From: Asterias rubens
Taxonomy: Eukaryota
Reading direction: 5' to 3'
Length of the DNA stretch: 64,000 nucleotides
NCBI RefSeq assembly: GCF_902459465.1
Contig: NC_047062.1
Location: 29,698,001 to 29,762,000 of the forward strand
A program made the position numbers and the translations under genes. The notes beneath the pieces are model-generated. The model had not been told where the DNA came from. It did not search any database and saw nothing but the letters and a program-made list of their open reading frames with translations. Each line of letters opens with the position of its first letter. Position 1 is the stretch's first letter. Positions 62,201 to 64,000 of the stretch are shown one piece after another.

Positions 62201-62988
62201 TATACATATTCAAACCGAGGACCTACAACAAAAGAGGACAATAGAGTCCCTGGTTCGTGAAAGGTCCCTGGTTCGTGAAATATGTACAAAACCAATGGGA
62301 GCTGTTGCTAAGAAGTTGGAGTATAAACAAAAGAGGGACAATAGGAGTTCCATGGTCGCAGGCATATACACACTTAAAGGATTTGGGTATCTTCAAAATG
62401 TCCACTGATTTACATTAAACTTGCACGGTTTGAAGATGATGATAGTAGAAAGCTTCCCTTCAAATAATACTTACTGAGGTGCTGTAGTTTTTGAGAAATG
62501 AGTAAAACAATCACAGAATAATTTTCGTCTCACTGAGACGAAAATTATTTTAGCATTTAAAAACCCATTAACCAGGGTTATAATGGCCGGCCTTTCACAC
62601 TTGGATCGCTTTACTCCTGATCCACCCCGGGCATACCTGGGGAATAGCCACCCCTGGGGAATAGCCACCCCTGCGGTAAAACCCCAGGGCTTCTTGTAAC
62701 ATGTAACAGAACCCTGTGGAATAGGGACCTGGGGCCTCCTGACAACTTATGAAAGATGACGCTGTTTCATAACAAGAAAAAACATCAAAAGTTTTCAGTT
62801 TGATACGGTTAGCGTTATGTAAGGGTTTCTTGTTGTTTTCTTGGCAGGATTTCCAGTATGCTCTACGGAAACTGCAGAATTCCAGCACCCTCTCTGAGAT
62901 GACCTGCCAGTACACTATCACACCATCTGGAGAGAAACTCATGACGTTCCTATGCAGTCTGTTACAGCCATTCCTCCTGGGTTACTGG
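53226..62988 (+). CDS. GNPAT: Dihydroxyacetone phosphate acyltransferase (glyceronephosphate O-acyltransferase), 3'-partial, 556 aa in window
   Basis: join(53226..53411,54183..54359,55209..55338,56175..56378,57013..57164,57687..57820,58705..58928,59685..59812,60195..60306,62112..62191,62848..>62988). Acyltransferase motifs PTHRSYVD (HX4D), [37 protein letters not shown]. Remaining exons lie beyond the window; an upstream exon splices to the acceptor at 53208. Confidence 0.93.
53493..53585 (+). mobile_element. Short tRNA-derived SINE head; relative at ~59190-59260
   Basis: TAGCTCAGTTGGTAGAGC A box, degenerate B box, GTAAATTTTTCTTTG tail shared between copies. Confidence 0.6.
53700..54066 (+). 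promoter_or_regulatory. Promoter/enhancer-like cluster in a GNPAT intron
   Basis: CTCF-like CGCCCTCTAGTG (53703-53714), CRE TGACGTCA (53763-53770), DR1 TCACCTTTGACCT (53826-53838), CCAAT (53947-53951), TATAAA (53986-53991), gccATGG (54017), donor GTAAGT (54061-54066). Confidence 0.35.
55365..55830 (-). mobile_element. Degraded L2-like LINE 3' fragment
   Basis: (ATA)n tail with GCGCAATCTATC...GAGGCGC tail motif and decayed GDRAFS-type coding remnant. Confidence 0.55.
55851..56080. mobile_element. Harbinger-like non-autonomous element; partial relative at ~62588-62700
   Basis: GCCCCTTTCACACT ... AGTGTGAAAA termini, CCCTGGG-rich interior. Confidence 0.5.
57338..57600 (-). mobile_element. L2-clade LINE 3' fragment
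   Basis: [28 protein letters not shown] plus (TTA)n tail. Confidence 0.8.
58245..58660. mobile_element. Harbinger-like MITE hosting the EnSpm-like insert; uninterrupted copy at 63562-63725, relative at ~29416-29630
   Basis: Ends CGTCGATTTCACCAAA / TTCGTGAAATCGGCC; TTAGGA/TCCTAA-rich interior. Confidence 0.7.
58275..58534. mobile_element. EnSpm/CACTA-like MITE (CCCAG termini, 2-bp TT TSD)
   Basis: 32-bp TIR CCCAGGTCGAAATTCCAGTTGAACCTAGTTAA with 2 mismatches; interior made of CAGTT/AACTG subterminal repeats. Confidence 0.75.
59304..59655 (+). mobile_element. tRNA-derived SINE; relatives at ~63023-63240, 33558-33660, 22320-22400
   Basis: GTGGCCGA..AAGAG A box, GGGTTCGAGTCCC B box, GCAAGACACTTAAC..CCCAGGGGTAAATGGG central domain. 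Confidence 0.75.
60379..61133 (+). mobile_element. Second copy of the foldback-ended element, with the hairpin module triplicated
   Basis: ACTAGT junctions at 60804, 60902, 60999 and 61097. Confidence 0.8.
61170..61445 (-). mobile_element. RTE-clade LINE 3' fragment
   Basis: [20 protein letters not shown]...[16 protein letters not shown] is the typical RTE C-terminus. Confidence 0.82.
61642..62029. mobile_element. Kolobok-like MITE copy in a GNPAT intron
   Basis: TTAA-AGACACTGGACAC ... GTGTCCACTGCCT-TTAA. Confidence 0.85.
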
Positions 62989-64000
62989 GTAAGTTCATCA
63001 GTAGGCATCAGGTACGTAGGATGTCATGGCCAAGTGGTTTAGAGCATCAAATTCAAGTGCTGGTGGTTAAGTCATCGGTCATGACACTTGTGTCTTTGAA
63101 CAAGACGCTTAACTATAATTGTTTCTCTTCACCCAGGGGTATGAATGGGTACCTGCGAGGGTAGAGCTTGATACTGTGTTTGAAAAAAGCCTTCAGAGCG
63201 CCACTGCAGCGCAGGAAGCTGAGAAAAGATTACAGGAATAGTATTGGCTAAGCTTGGGCGATATCTCGATATAATCGAAAATCGCGATACCATTTCTAAA
63301 TGATTTCCATATTGTCTTGATTTTTTGTTAATTGAATTATCGGCATATCGTGGTTTTGATGAAGTATCACATGTCTTCCCTAATTGAGACGTCCTGCAAC
63401 CACAACTGGCTGTTTAAAAAAAAATATAAAGTACTAGAACCAACCCCAAGATTCCCCAATTGAAAAAAATTACATCAGAGACTTTAGTGCCCAGGCGGTC
63501 CACAGACACTTCAGAAGTAACACAATGTATCAATTACCTCCCCTGTGTGGGAAACTTGTGCGCCGATTTCACAAAATACTAGGATTAGTATGAGTTAGGA
63601 TGAGTAAGCCGTCCTAACTCCGGATGAGTTCAATGCGTCCTAACGTCTTTGGATATGGAACTGAACTTGTCCTAAGTCCTAAAATAAATCCTAAGTTTGG
63701 AAGAGTTTTGGGAAATCGACGGCTGGACACCAATGTAAAGCATATTGACACGGTTATTGTAAAGTGTGCTGTTTAAGAACTAGTTATTGTTATTGTTAAG
63801 TACTAACATCCTAACCTTTGTTTTTTGTTTGTGCTAAATATTGTTTAATGGATGTTATCCTGATCAGGATAAAGAACATAACTTGGTTTTACCAATACAC
63901 CGATGTGTGTAAAGCACTGTGTACTCACTACAACCAGTGGTAACAGTGGGCTCCAATTACCAAACATGAACAATCCCTTTAATGATGAGGTTGGTGTAGT

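Noticed and set aside
63241-63360. CGATAT-rich segment as an hAT transposon end
   Set aside because: Only a short subterminal-like fragment; no paired TIR or TSD could be found in the window.

Overview
AT-rich, intron-containing animal genomic DNA, probably a marine invertebrate deuterostome such as an echinoderm (inferred from protein similarity and repeat content, not proven). Six protein-coding genes can be assembled with GT-AG junctions and consistent phases: an SLC10-family transporter with a long ectodomain (-), FSIP1 (+), an uncharacterised 7-TM protein resembling gustatory-receptor-like/7TMIC channels (+), a C11orf68/UPF0696 homolog (-), YIF1 (-) and GNPAT (+, running off the 3' end). 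Introns and intergenic DNA are packed with non-autonomous elements: Kolobok-like TTAA MITEs, Harbinger-, ISL2EU-, EnSpm- and P/hAT-like MITEs (several nested, with readable TSDs), tRNA-derived SINEs, L2 and RTE LINE fragments, and foldback elements. The most interesting items are the GRL-like gene, a near-intact minimal type I hammerhead ribozyme motif in an FSIP1 intron, a 3x100-bp array of decayed hammerheads just upstream of the GRL-like ATG, and a triplicated 98-bp hairpin module. No CRISPR array, rRNA, bona fide tRNA or intact transposase is seen. All identifications are from remembered family features; no searches were run.
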